64,000 nt of DNA from Balanoglossus misakiensis (Eukaryota; Animalia; Hemichordata), in the NCBI GenBank assembly GCA_040954595.2, contig CM082586.2:12183337-12247336 (forward strand). The letters are read 5' to 3'. Positions 34,697 to 49,935 of this stretch are shown here, one piece after another (the stretch's first letter is position 1; each line of letters starts with the position of its first letter). The notes below the pieces were generated by a model, which did not search any database, was not told the DNA's origin, and worked only from the letters and a program-made list of their open reading frames with translations. A program made the position numbers and the translations under genes.

Positions 34697-36350
34697 TGTA
34701 AATAATGTGTTGCCTGTAAGCCATGATGCATGATCTCCATGCCATTCAATTTATTAGCGAATTTACTGATTTACTACCCTCCCCCCGAAATACAAACAAA
34801 ACAAAACAATTATGAATATATGGCTTCTGCAAACACATTATTTAGCAAATTAAAATCTTATCTGATAAAGTCACTTGAAAAGTTGAAAGACCCTCTTAAA
34901 TTGAGGAAAAAGAGGAATGTTAAAATGTAAAATAACTGAAAACTGAATGTGTATAAAACTTCTTAAAAAGAAGTATATCATTGTAAATAATGTGTTGCCT
35001 GTAAGCCATGATGCATGATCTCCATGCCATTCAATTTATGAGCAAATTTACTGATTTACTACCCTCCCCCCGAAATACAAACATAACAATTATGAATATA
35101 TGGCTTCTGCAAACACATTATTTAGCAAATTAAAATCTTATCTGATAAAGTCACTTGAAAATGTGAAAGACCCTCTTAAATTAAGGAAAACAAAGAATGT
35201 TCAAATGTAAAATAACTGAAAACTAAATGTGTATAAAATAGAGAAAACTTCTTGAAAAGAAGTATATCATTGTAAATAATGTGTTGCCTGTAAGCCATGA
35301 TGCATGATCTCCATGCCATTCAATTTATGAGCAAATTTACTGATTTACTACCCTCCCCCCGAAATACAAACAAAATGGCTTCTGCAAACACATTATTTAG
35401 CAAATTAAAATCTTATCTGATAAAGTCACTTGAAAATGTGAAAGACCCTCTTAAATTAAAGGGAAAAAAAGAATTTTCAAATGTAAAATAACTGAAAACT
35501 AAATGTGTATAAAATAGAGAAAACTTCTTGAAAAGAAGTATATCATTGTAAATAATGTGTTGCCTGTAAGCCATGATGCATGATCTCCATGCCATTCAAT
35601 TTATGAGCAAATTTACTGATTTACTACCCTCCCCCCGAAATACAAACAAAATGGCTTCTGCAAACACATTATTTAGCAAATTAAAATCTTATCTGATAAA
35701 GTCACTTGAAAATGTGAAAGACCCTCTCAAATTGAGGAAAAAGAGGAATGTTAAAATGTAAAATAACTGAAAACTGAATGTGTATAAAACTTCTTAAACA
35801 GAAGTATATCATTGTAAATAATGTGTTGCCTGTAAGCCACGATGCATGATCTCCATGCCATTCAATTTTTTAGCGAATTTACTGCCCCCCCCCCCAAAAA
35901 AAAAATACAATCAAAACAAAACAATTATGAATACATGGCTTCTGCAAACACATTATTTATGTTCTTATAAAGGAAATTTTCATCAATAAAATCAAAGGAC
36001 TGCAAACACTCAGACGATGCATAAATACTTGGCAATGTCAAGCCAAAGCAAATTACCTCGTCTGATACAGCCATTGGAAAAAAGTTCATTAAAGACCCTC
36101 GAACATTGAGGAAAAAGGCTAAAGACGTGCGTTTAAATAACTCAAAACTGTGTATAAAATAAAGAAAACTCCACAATGTGAAGTTTTTTTATTGTCCACA
36201 AAGTTTAAATAATGTGTTGCCTGTAAGCCATGTTGCATAGGCTCAATGCTATTCAATTTAAGAGCAAATTCACCAATATATTCCCCCCCCCCTGCCAAAA
36301 AAAAAAACAATTATGCCTATATGGCTACTGCAAACACATTATTTATGTAT
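34697..36350 (+). repeat. Tandem repeat, ~265-290-bp unit, ~6 copies (outer copies diverged)
   Basis: aaataatgtgttgcctgtaagcca recurs near 34700, 34985, 35274, 35550, 35816 and 36207. Confidence 0.92.
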
Positions 36351-37106
36351 TTAAAAAGAAAAAAAATCATCAAAAATCAAAGCACTATAAACCTAGTAAT
36401 CACACAATGCATATACATGCAACGATGCAAATGCATTAAAAGTGTGATATAAAAATACGTAATTATGTCAAGTAAAGGCAAAATCATTAAGGTAATATTA
36501 AAGAACCTACTTGTGCACTGAGTCTGTTGATTGGGGTCGTCGTTGTGTGGGACTCGCTAGCAATGTGGGGAAAATCTATTGATTATCGACAGACTCAGTG
36601 GGCAAGACGTGACCATAAAATAGATATACCAACATATCAAACTGTTGAATACTACGCAAAAAAAAAAACAACTAATGAAATGATCCCAGGAAACTACACT
36701 GGACTTGAAGGATCTATTGCAAGTTTTAGTGGACTTGAAGTATTTATTGAAATATTTTTCTCATCATGAAATTAAGTTAGTCATGCTAAACTATGGTATT
36801 ATAAAAACATATTGCAATTGAAACCTTCTCATCTGTTATAGCCATTGGAAAAATTCATTAAAGACATACCCTAAAAAATAGGAAAAAGAACACAGACAGA
36901 TAATAAAATCCTAAAAATTTAAAAATGCACACACATACATACCGTATTCTTTATTTATAATATGGGAAAGTACAACGGAGCAAGCGACAGACGCGCGCGC
37001 GCGCGCAAAAACATAAATTGCTTGAAGACGGACTGCAATCTTGGGATTCTTGGGATCTTGTAGAGAACCAGCTTCATCAGATGACCAAAAACATCCTAGG
37101 TGCGGA

Positions 37107-38118
37107 AAGAACACAACCACGGCAAACACAGAGTCCAGAATGTGACGAGAGAGTAGTCACAGACACCCAAAAATGTGGACAATTCGAATAAGAATTCGAA
37201 AACACAACCACGGCAAACACAGAGGCCAGAATGTGACGAGAGAGTAGTCACAGACACCAAAAATGTTGACAATTCGAATATGAATTCGAAAACACAACCA
37301 CGGCAAACACAGAGGCCAAAATGTGATGAGATGTAGTCACAGACACCCAAAAATGTTGACAATTCGAATAAGAATTCGAAAACACAACCACGGCTAACAC
37401 AGAGGCCAAAATGTTACGAGATGTAGTCACAGACACCCAAAAATGTTGACAATTCGAATATGAATTCGAAAACACAACCACGGCAAACACAGAGGCCAAA
37501 ATGTGACGAGAGAGTAGTCACAGACACCCAAAAATGTTGACAATTCGAATATGAATTCGAAAACACAACCACGGCAAATACAGAGGCCAAAATGTGACGA
37601 GAGAGTAGTCACAGACACCCAAAAATGTTGACAATTCGAATAAGAATTCGAAAACACAACCACGGCCAACACAGAGGCCAGAATGTGACGAGAGAGTGGT
37701 CACAGACACCCAAAAATGTTGACAATTCGAATAAAAATTCGAAAACACAACCACGGCAAACACAGAGGCCAGAATGTGACAAAAGAGTAGTCACAGACAC
37801 CCAAAAATGTCAACAATTCGAATAAGAATTCGAAAAAACAACCACGGCAAACACAGAGGCCAGAATGTGACGAGAGAGTAGTCACAGAAACCCAAAAATG
37901 TTGACAATTCGAATATGAATTCGAAAACACAACCACGGCAAACACAGAGGCCAGAATGTGATGAAAGAGTAGTCACAGACACCCAAAAATGTCGACAATT
38001 CGAATACGAATTCGAAAACACAACTACAGCAAACACAGAGGCCAGAATGTGATGAGAGAGTAGTCACAGACACCCAAAAATGTCGACAATTCGAATAGGA
38101 ATTTGAAAACACAACACA
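37107..38118 (+). repeat. Minisatellite, ~91-bp unit, ~11 copies
   Basis: Unit aacacaaccacggcaaacacagaggccagaatgtgacgagagagtagtcacagacacccaaaaatgttgacaattcgaataagaattcgaa, head-to-tail without spacers. Confidence 0.95.
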
Positions 38119-38154
38119 GAGAGTACTCCGAGACATCCAACAATTTTGAAAATA

Positions 38155-38470
38155 TTCATACATGCATACATACATACATACATACAGACAGACAGACATA
38201 CATACATACAGACAGACAGACATACATACAAGACAGATAGACAGACATACATACATACATATATATATATACAATACATACATACATACATACATGCATA
38301 CACACACACACACACGGGTACATGCAAACATACAACGACACAAATAAATATATAAATAAATGAATGAATGAACGAGTGAATGAATAAATGTATGTATGTA
38401 TGTATGTATGTATGTATGCATGTATGTATGTATGTATGTATGAATGAATGGATGGATGGATGAATGAATG
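38155..38470. repeat. Compound microsatellite: (CATA/CAGA)n followed by inverted (TATG/TGAA)n
   Basis: Direct inspection. Confidence 0.9.
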
Positions 38471-39859
38471 TTCAATACTACAATCATGCCTATATCCAGT
38501 GCATTCTGGAAAAATGACTGTCCAAGTTTATAGAGAGAGAGAGAGAGAGCCAGTCAAACAATTTTCAATGTTGGTCAACTGTTCATTGTCATATTTGCTT
38601 TCTGTATCAATACAGGACTAATGCTGTAAACCCTTTGTATTCTGTTTACCATTCGGCTTTAATATCTTAACTTGACTTTTTCTTTATATGTGGGTGCAAT
38701 TATGCTACAAAGCTAAACAGTAAACACCTGAAGGATGCTGTACCCTGTGCAATTAACGTAAATTTACACTAAGTGCTTGCTACATGCAATGCTTATTGTG
38801 CCTATAGGATTCAACAACCTTCAGGTTATGCTGAATAAATCATGGTGATAATTTAGCAGTGTTGGCAAACTGAAGTGTACAATTTAGTTTTAACCTACTT
38901 AAACCCTCTCTCTCTCTCTGACACAATGACAAAAAATGCTATCAGAATAATACATTTGTAATACAGATCATATAAATGAGGAAGGGATTGATCAATGTTC
39001 AATTTCGTCCTGTGGGAGAAGTTCTATTCTTGGAATGACGATGGAATCAAAGTCAGTAAAATAAAGTCATCCTGTCCTTGGAAGGAAACTTCTCTGCATC
39101 CGATTCACTGGGGCTTCTGCATTCATACATGTATCCTCTTATTGCCTATGCACAGAAAGACGACATAACACTCACCTTGTATTGATTGATTGATTACAGC
39201 AAATAAGAGACATTCAACATTCACACAGAAACGAAAATATGCTCCTGTCAAACACTGAACATGGGTAAAAAAGGGGCCCAGGATGTGACAACATCTGATC
39301 AGGTCACTTCTTGATCACTATGTAATATGGTGGTAGAACACACTTGGGCCCCACTTTTGTATTTTTGTCTGGCGTGACACTCCCTTAAAACTCTACCAAA
39401 TGAAGATAAGCCCGCGTCAAAAGAGTGAATTGAAGTCCGCGAAACTACAAGTTAAAGAATCTGATGTTTTTCATCAGGCAATGAACTGGTTGAATGCATA
39501 TTGGAAGAGAAAGCAATAGGATGAATTGGACATCAGTTACAGTATTCCGAGTATGCCGTTGACTCCTCTCTCTGTACAGTGATTATGAATAAGTGGAAAG
39601 ACCAGCTCTGGGCATAAATGCTATAAAATCAGACCCAGTTCATCATGCATTGCTGGATGAATATTTATCCCGACTGGAGCACACAGTATATACCGACCAT
39701 GTGCACTTCCAGTGTTTTTATATAATATGGATGTGTATAGGAGCATTTAAGGGGGTGGGGTGGGGGGGTTTGCTATCAAGTAGGGGGGGGGGGGCTTGCT
39801 ATCAAGTAAAATGAAGGAATGCATCGACTTTTATTATCAGTGGCCCGTAAGGTTAATGC

Positions 39860-40886
39860 TATGTTACCTTTGAAGTGCTTGGCGGCTATACCGGTACAAG
39901 CATGCACAGATTTATGTTGATAGACGTTACTCATCACAGGGACCAGTGACTGTTATCTGCAAAAATGAAAAATATGCCAATAAGTATTTCTGTGTCAAAC
40001 AGCACGGCAAAATGTATCTATGGACAGAGATGATCTCCTGTCTTCATGAACAATACAATATGTTGTACAGGGGCCTCCAAATGAGAAATTAAATTCTATG
40101 CTGTCATCCATGGCGTCTAGGAAATCTTTAAGAGAATAAGAATTATCTTATGTTACCCTCAGACACCACTTGGCTGCAATACAGGCATGTACACACATCC
40201 AGTTAGACAGATCAATGTTGATCACCAGAGAGAAACCATTATCTGCAAAAATGGAAAATATGACAAAGTATTTTAGTGTAAAAAAACATGACAGTAAAAT
40301 GTGTGGACAGATGATCTCCTGGATGGACAATACAATAAGTCACACACTGACCTCCAAAATGAGCAATTAAATTATATACATTCATCTATGGGGTCTAGGA
40401 AATCTTTAGGAGAAAAATAATTATCTTATATGTTACCCTCAGACACCAATTGGCTGCAATACAGGCATGTACACACATCCAGTTCAACAGATCAATGTTG
40501 ATCACCAGAGAGAAACTATTATCTACAAAAATGGAAAATATGACAAAGTATTTTAGTGTCAAAAAATAAGGCAGTAAAGTGTAAGGATAATCTCCTGGAT
40601 GGACAATACAATAAGTCACACACTGCCCTCCAAAATGAGCAATTCAATTCTATGCTATCATCTATGGGGTAAAGGAAATCTTAGAAGAACAATAATTATC
40701 TTATGTTACCCTTGCAAACTACTGTACTGCTTTACAGGCTTGAATATACATCTAGTTTGGCAGATTTTGATCAACAGCTAGATACCCCTTTCTGCAAAAA
40801 ATGGAAAATATGCCAATAAGTATTTCTGTGTCAAACAACATAATGGTAAAATATATCTATGGACAGAGATGATCTCCTGTCTTCAT
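39860..40886 (+). repeat. Diverged tandem repeat, ~280-bp unit, ~3.5 copies
   Basis: tatctgcaaaaatg(g)aaaatatg..aagtattt recurs at ~39955, 40240, 40520 and 40790. Confidence 0.8.
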
Positions 40887-40924
40887 GAATGTAATGTACT
40901 TCAATGGCTGGTTACTCAAATTTA

Positions 40925-42460
40925 ATTTGCATACTCACACCACAGGAATAATGTTACCTGGTTACCAACTTGGCATCTGGACAGGAGGATATTGGGCATT
41001 ATGGAAATCTGAAACTAATGAGAAAAAATTGTGTAAATATACAATTATAGCTGACTGCTATGAACTTCAACTTGGCTCCAATCCATAATTATTTCTCGTT
41101 GGGTGCTCAGTTGTTTCTGGTTCAAAGGCGACTAGTGCAAAGTGTCCAGGAAAACACAAGAGACACGGAGATGTCACATGACTGCAAGCCATGAGCCATT
41201 ATTTTGCATACTCACACCATAGGAATCATGTTACCTGGTTACCAACTTGGCATCTGGACAGGAGTATATTAGGCATCATGGAAATCTGAAACTAATGAGA
41301 AAAAATTGTGTAAATAGACAATTATAACTGACTGCTATGAACTTCAACTTGGCTCCAATCCATAATTATTTCTCGTTGGGTGCTCAGTTGTTTCTGGTTC
41401 AAAGGCGACTAGTGCAAAGTGTCCAGGAAAACACATGAGACACGGAGATGTCACATGACTGCAAGCCATGAGCCATTTATTTGCATACTCACACCATAGG
41501 AATCATGTTACCTGGTTACCAACTTGGCATCTGGACAGGAGGATATTGGGCATCATGGTAATCTGAAACTAATGAGAAAATTTGTGTAAATAGACAATTA
41601 TAACTGACTGCTATGAACTTCAACTTGGCTCCAATCTATAATTATTTCTCGTTGGGTGCTCAGTCGTTTCTAGTTTCAAGGCGACTAGGGCAAAGTGTCA
41701 AGGAAATCACAAGAGACACAAAGATGTCACATGACTGCAAGCCATGTACCATTAATTTGCATATACTCACACCATAGGAATCATGTTACCTGGTTACCAA
41801 CTTGGCATCTGGACAGGAGGATATTGGGCATCATGGAAATCTGAAACTAATGAGAAAAATTGTGTAAATAGACAATTAAAACTGACTGCTATGAACTTCA
41901 ACTTGGCTCCAATTCATAATTATTTCTCGTTGGTTGCTCAGTTGTTTCTGGTTTCAAGGCGACTAGGGCAAAGTGTCCAGGAAATCACATGAGACACGGA
42001 GATGTCACATGACTGCAAGCCATGAGCCATTATTTTGCATACTCACACCACAGGAATCATGTTACCTGGTTACCAACTTGGCATCTGGACAGGAGGATAT
42101 TGGGCATCATGGAAATCTGAAACTAATGAGAAAAAAATGTGTAAATAGACAATTTAAACTGACTGCTATGAACTTCAACTTTTCTCCAATTCATAATTAT
42201 TTCTCGTTGGGTGCTCAGTTGTTTCTGGTTTCAAGGTGACTAGGGCAAAGTGTCCAGGAAATCACAAGAGACACGGAGATGTCACATGACTGCAAGCCAT
42301 GAGCCATTAATTTGCATACTCACACCATAGGAATCATGTTACCTGGTTACCAACTTGGCATCTGGACAGGAGGATATTGGGCATCATGGAAATCTGAAAC
42401 TAATGAGAAAAAATGTGTAAATAGACAATTATAACTAACTGCTATGAACTCCAACTTGGC
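40925..42460 (+). repeat. Tandem repeat, ~278-bp unit, ~5.5 copies
   Basis: ttgcatactcacacca.aggaatcatgttacctggttaccaacttggc recurs at ~40926, 41204, 41481, 41757, 42035 and 42313. Confidence 0.95.
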
Positions 42461-43067
42461 TGCTAACAATCCCCAACACCTGCAACAAATAATAAATAGT
42501 AAATATTAATTTATTATCATAGACTGGTTGAGTTTAATGTTACCTATGGTACACTTACATTGTATTTTCCCTTTTAATCTGGTGGGTAGTTAGCTATCTG
42601 ATGTACATTAACCATTGTAAAACTCTAGGATCTGATAAACTTATTTATTTATCCAATAGACTTACAAAATGTGAAAATATTTCTATTTCTATGGGAGAAA
42701 CATGGACCGGTACTCAGTCAACTAATAATTATGGGGGAATAAAATTTCAACAAATTTAAAATTATTCCTGTAATTATCACCTGTCTATATTATGTACATT
42801 GTAATTGCTAAACTATACCATTCACTGGGTTTAGCTCCTTACTGGAAAATTGCCATTACAATTTATGCCCAGTTGTGGGTTTAAGAAAAATACACAGTGA
42901 TAAAAACTGCAAAATTATTAATGGAGTTTTCAAAAGTTATTCCCTAAAATCATCAGACATAAGTACTAAATTATCACTTAAAGCTAAGCCTACTAATCAA
43001 TACAAATTCAGCAGAATATTTAAGCTCCACAGCTGAGGGTTAATGAGAAAACAACACATTTCTTATT

Positions 43068-43245
43068 TATCATTATCATCATCATCATCATCATAATCAT
43101 CATCATCATCACCATCATTGCCATCATCATCACCATCATCATCACCATCACAACCGTCATCAACATCAGTACAACCATCAATGCCATCACCATAACAACT
43201 AGCAATAATAATTAACATCAAAACTGCCAACACCATCACCAACAT
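43068..43245. repeat. (CAT/CAC)n microsatellite
   Basis: Direct inspection. Confidence 0.9.
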
Positions 43246-43769
43246 TAACAGGAATAAAATCAAAATGTTGAATGACCCATGAAAATCAGAAACTGTCAAC
43301 CAACAGCATTCTACAAAGTCACTAGTTTATTAATCTAGCTGAGGTAATTGTATTATACTCTAAAATATTATAGGTTTATTATTATCAGTTTGTAAATTTT
43401 TAAGTCTAAGAATATTATAATATTAAAATTTCAAATGGCAATTTTTTATACGCATAGCTGACATTATACACCAGTAATTCTGAATGTTCATTTACTAAAT
43501 TATTGCAATTTCCAAAACAGCCATGTTATGTAAATTATTTTCCAATTTTCAAACGAGTGCTAACTTCACTGATGAAAAGGGGGAATTTAGACAAAGAGCT
43601 GTTGGTGAAACTGACTGGATGGTATTAAAACACAATTAAATACAGATCTGGAACATAAATGTTATACAATGCAATGTTAAATCATATTATTTAATCTGGA
43701 AAGAAATCATGCATTTGCGACAAATCAATTGTGATCACAATTACCGGTTCAATGCAAACACTGTCTGGA

Positions 43770-46700
43770 AGTTTTCATATCAAGCTACAGTACCTGAAAC
43801 AAAAATTTGTAATCACTGACACCCCCATCATTATGAATCGCTGACACCCCCACCCCCATCATTATGAACACCTTGGTTCACACAGGTTATTTGTTTACGA
43901 TTGTGAAACACTGTTCACTTAAGAACACAAGCATAGTCAACTTATTAACGATAAAACACATTATGGTGCAGCATTTTAATACTGCAGATTAGTTGAAGGT
44001 TTTCATATCAAGCTACAGTACCTGAAACAAAAAATAGTAATCACTGACACCCTCCACCCCTGACAACCCCCACCCCCGATCATTACCAATTAGAACACCA
44101 TGGATTCACACAGGTTGTTTGTTTACGATTGTGAAACACTGTTCACTTAATTAACACAAGCATAGTAAAATTATTAATGATAAAACACATCATGGTGCAG
44201 CAATTTAATACTGTAGATTAGTTCAAGGTTTTCATATCAAGCTACAGTACCTGAAACAAAAAATTGTAATCACTGACACCCTCCACCCCTGACAACCCCC
44301 ACACCCGATCATTACCAATTAGAACACATTGGTTTCACGTTGGTTGCTTGTTTACGATCGTGAAACACTGTTCACTTAATTAACACAAGCATAGTAGAAT
44401 TATTAATGATAAAACACATCATGGTGCAGCAATTTAATACTGTAGATTAGTTCAAAGTTTTCAAATCAAGCTACAGTACCTGAAACAAAAATTTGTAATC
44501 ACTGACACCCCCCTCCCCTGACACCCACCCCCCCACCCCCGATCAGGATGAACACATTGGTTCACACAGGTTGTTTGTTTACGATTGCAAAACACTGTTT
44601 ACTTAATAACACAAGCATAGTAAAATTATTAATGATTATAAAACACATCATGGTGCAGCATTTTATTAATACTGCAGGTTAGTTCAAAGTTTTCAAATCA
44701 AGCTACAGTACCTGAAACAAAAATTTGTAATCACTGACACCCCCCTCCCCTGACACCCCCCCCACCCCCGATCAGGATGAACACATTGGTTCACACAGGT
44801 TGTTTGTTTACGATTGTGAAACACTGTTCACTTAAGAACACAAGCATAGTCAAATTATTAATGATAAAACACATTATGGTGCAGCATTTTAATACTGCAG
44901 ATTAGTTCAAGGTTTTCATATCAAGCTACAGTACCTGAAACAAAAATTTATTATGGCTGACACCCCCCTCCCCCCATCATTATCAATTTGAACACTTGGT
45001 TTCACACAGGTTGTTTGTTTACAATTGTGAAACACTGTTCACTTAATTAACACAAGCATAGTAAAATTTTTAATGATAAAACACATCATGGTTCAGCATT
45101 TAATACTGCAGATTAGTTTCAAGGTTTTCATATCAAGCTACAGTACCTGAAACAAAAATTTGTAATCACAGACACCCCCCACCCCTGACAACCCAACCCC
45201 GATCATTACCAATTAGAACACATTGGTTTCACACAGATTGTTTGTTTATGATCGTGAAACACTGTTTACTTAATAACACAAGCATAGCAAAATTATTAAT
45301 GATAAAACTCATCATAGTGCAGCAATTTAATACTGCAGATTAGTTCAAGGTTTTCACATCAAGCTACAGTACCTGAAACAAAAAATTGTAATCAGTTACA
45401 CCCCCCAACCCTGACACCCCCCACACCCGATCATTACCAATTAGAACACCTTGGTTTCACGTTGGTTGCTTGTTTACGATCGTGAAACACTGTTCACTTA
45501 ATTAACACAAGCATAGTAAAATTTTTAATGATAAAACACATCATGGTTCAGCATTTAATACTGCAGATTAGTTTCAAGGTTTTCATATCAAGCTACAGTA
45601 CCTGAAACAAAAATTTGTAATCACAGACACCCCCCACCCCTGACAACCCAACCCCGATCATTACCAATTAGAACACATTGGTTTCACACAGATTGTTTGT
45701 TTATGATCGTGAAACACTGTTTACTTAATAACACAAGCATAGCAAAATTATTAATGATAAAACTCATCATAGTGCAGCAATTTAATACTGCAGATTAGTT
45801 CAAGGTTTTCACATCAAGCTACAGTACCTGAAACAAAAAATTGTAATCAGTTACACCCCCCAACCCTGACACCCCCCACACCCGATCATTACCAATTAGA
45901 ACACCTTGGTTTCACGTTGGTTGCTTGTTTACGATCGTGAAACACTGTTCACTTAATTAACACAAGCATAGTAGATTTATTAATGATAAAACACATCATG
46001 GTGCAGAAATTTAATACTGCAGATTAGTTCAAAGTTTTCATATCAAGCTACAGTACCTGAAACAAAAAATTTGTAATCACTGACACCCCTCACCCCTGAC
46101 AACCCCACCCCAATCATTACCAATTAGAACACATTGGTTTCACACAGATTGTTTGTTTATGATCGTGAAACACTGTTTACTTAATAACACAAGCATGGCA
46201 AAATTATTAATGATAAAACACATCATGGTGCAGCAATTTAATACTGCAGATTAGTTCAAAGTTTTCATATCAAGCTACAGTACCTGAAACAAAAATTTGT
46301 AATCACTGACACCCCCCACCCCTGACAACCCCCACCCCCGATCATTACCAATTAGAACACATTGGTTTCACACGGATTGTTTGTTTACGATTATGAAACA
46401 CTGTTTACGTAATAACACAAGCATAGTATAATTATTAATGATTATAAAACACATCATGGTGCAGCATTTTATTAATACTGCAGGTTAGTTCAAAGTTTTC
46501 ATATCAAGCTACAGTACCTGAAACAAAAAGTTGTAATCGCTGACACCCCCCACCCCTGACACCCCTCATCATTATCAATTAGAACACTTGGCTTCACACT
46601 GGTTGTTTGTTTACGATTGTGAAAGACTGTTCGCTTAATATGGTGCAGCATTTTAATACTGCAGGTTAGTTTAAAGTTTTCATATCAAGCTACAGTACCT

Positions 46701-48470
46701 GACACAAAAATTTGTGATCACTGACATCCCCCTCCCCCCATCATTATCAATTAGAACACTTGGTTTCACACAGGTTGTTTGTTTACGATTGTGAAACACT
46801 GTTCACTTAATATGGTGCAGCATTTTAATACTGCAGGTTAGTTTAAAGTTTTCATATCAAGCTACAGTACCTGACACAAAAATGTGTGATCACTGACATC
46901 CCCCTCCCCCCATCATTATCAATTAGAACACTTGGTTTCACACAGGTTGTTTGTTTACGATTGTGAAACACTGTTCACTAAATATGGTGCAGCATTTTAA
47001 TACTGCAAGTTAGTTCAAAGTTTTCATATCAAGCCACAGTACCTGAAACAAAAATTTGTAATCACTGACACCCCCCTCCCCTGAGACCCCCCAACCCCGA
47101 TCATGATGAACACCTTGGTTCACACAGGTTGTTTGTTTACGATTGTGAAACACTGTTCACTTAAGAACACAAGCATAGTCAACTTATTAATGATAAAACA
47201 CATTATGGTGCAGCATTTTAATACTGCAGATTAGTTGAAGGTTTTCATATCAAGCTACAGTACCTGAAACAAAAAATTGTAATCACTGACACCCTCCACC
47301 CCTGACAACCCCCACCCCTGATCATTACCAATTAGAACACCATGGATTCACACAGGTTGTTTGTTTACGATTGTGAAACACTGTTCACTTAATTAACACA
47401 AGCATAGTAAAATTATTAATGATAAAACACATCATGGTGCAGCAATTTAATACTGTAGATTAGTTCAAGGTTTTCATATCAAGCTACAGTACCTGAAACA
47501 AAAAATTGTAATCACTGACACCCTCCACCCCTGACAACCCCCACACCCGATCATTACCAATTTGAACACATTGGTTTCACGTTGGTTGCTTGTTTACGAT
47601 CGTGAAACACTGTTCACTTAATTAACACAAGCATAGTAGAATTATTAATGATAAAACACATCATGGTGCAGCAATTTAATACTGTAGATTAGTTCAAAGT
47701 TTTCATATTAAGCTACAGTACCTGAATCAAAAATTTGTAATCACTGACACCCCCCCCACACCCGATCATTACCAATTACATTTGTAGAACACATTGGTTT
47801 CACACAGATTGTTTGTTTATGATCGTGAAACACTGTTTACTTAATAACACAAGCATAGCAAAATTATTAATGATAAAACACATCATGGTGCAGCAATTTA
47901 ATACTGCACATTAGTTCAAAGTTGTCATATCAAGCTACAGTACCTGAAACAAAAATTTGTAATCGCTGACACCCCCCACCCCTGACAACCCCCACCCCCG
48001 ATCATTACCACACTGGCTGTTTGTTTACGATTGTGAAATACTGTTCACTTAATAACACAAGCTTGGTAAAATTATTAATGAAATTAATCACATCATGGTG
48101 CAGCATTTTAATACTGCAGGTTAGTTCAAAGTTTTCATATCAAGCTACAGTACCTGAAACAACAATTTGTAATCGCTGACACCCCCTACCCCATTATTAT
48201 GAACACATCGGTTCACACAGGTTGTTTGTTTACGATTGTGAAACACTGTTCACTTAAGAACACATGCTTGATAAAATTATTAATGAAATTAATCACATCA
48301 TGGTGCAGCATTTTAATACTGCAGGTTAGTTTAAAGTTCTCATATCAAGCTACAGTACCTGACACAAAAATTTGTAATCACTGACAACCCCCTTCCCCCA
48401 TCATTATCAATAAGAACACCTTGGTTTCACACAGGTTGTTTGTTTACAATAGTGAAACACTGTTCATGTT
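43770..48470 (+). repeat. Satellite array, ~210-235-bp monomers plus ~171-bp deletion variants, ~22 copies
   Basis: tcaagctacagtacctga recurs ~22 times from 43780 to 48345. Confidence 0.96.
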
Positions 48471-48652
48471 ATAACACCACCAATTCCATAGTGTAATATT
48501 ATTAACTAGTTTGATAAATCAGAAACTTCTGAGTGCGTGGTTACTTATACGGTATTTCATGTTTGAGAGTGCAAGGTTATGACATCCCCAAATCTGACTG
48601 GCAAGGTCAGAATGGGAACACCCACATGTGTGCAAGTTTTAATAAAATACAC

Positions 48653-48744
48653 CTGAGAGCATGACTGCACCCAGCAGATCACCCATTTACAAAGCTTTGT
48701 GTCATAACATGTGAGTATGATATTTTTATTTTTATAAGTATCAC

Positions 48745-48779
<35 letters not shown>

Positions 48780-49130
48780 CCATCATCATCATCAGTATCA
48801 CCATCTAAACCATCATTATCACCATCTAAACCATTATTATCACCATCACCATCAGTATCACCACCATCACCATCAGTATCACCATCATCACCATCAGTAT
48901 CACCATCACTACCATTATTATCACCATCATTATCACCATCACCACCATTATTATCACCATCACCACCACTATTATCACCATCATCATCACCATCACCACC
49001 ATTATTATCACCATCATCACCATCACCACCATTATTATCTGAGGGCATGACTGCACCCAGCAGATCACCCATTTACAAAGCTTTGTGTCATAACATGAGA
49101 GTATGATATTTTTATTTTTATAAGTATCAC

Positions 49131-49174
<44 letters not shown>

Positions 49175-49529
49175 CCATCATCATCATCAGTATCACCATC
49201 TAAACCATCATTATCACCATCTAAACCATTATTATCACCATCACCATCAGTATCACCACCATCACCATCAGTATCACCATCATCACCATCAGTATCACCA
49301 TCACTACCATTATTATCACCATCATCACCATCATTATCACCATCACCACCATTATTATCACCATCACCACCACTATTATCACCATCATCATCACCATCAC
49401 CACCATTATTATCACCATCATCACCATCACCACCATTATTATCTGAGAGCATGACTGCACCCAGCAGATCACCCATTTACAAAGCTTTGTGTCATAACAT
49501 GTGAGTATGATATTTTTATTTTTATAAGT

Positions 49530-49578
<49 letters not shown>

Positions 49579-49903
49579 GTATCACCATCTAAACCATCAT
49601 TATCACCATCTAAACCATTATTATCACCATCACCATCAGTATCACCATCATCACCATCAGTATCACCATCACTACCATTATTATCACCATCATCACCATC
49701 ATTATCACTATCACCACCATTATTATCACCATCACCACCACTATTATCACCATCATCATCACCATCATCACCATTATTATCACCATCATCACCATCACCA
49801 CCATTATTATCTGAGAGCATGACTGCACCCAGCAGATCACCCATTTACAAAGCTTTGTGTCATTACATGTGAGTATGATAATTTTATTTTTATAAGTATC
49901 ACC

Positions 49904-49935
<32 letters not shown>

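Noticed and set aside
37107-38118. CRISPR-like regular array
   Set aside because: Units repeat over their whole length with no unique spacers, there are no cas genes, and the context is eukaryotic.
38975-39710. Exon-like remnants (- strand ~38990-39146; + strand ~39399-39700)
   Set aside because: Multiple stops/frameshifts and no recognisable domain, so no call can be supported.
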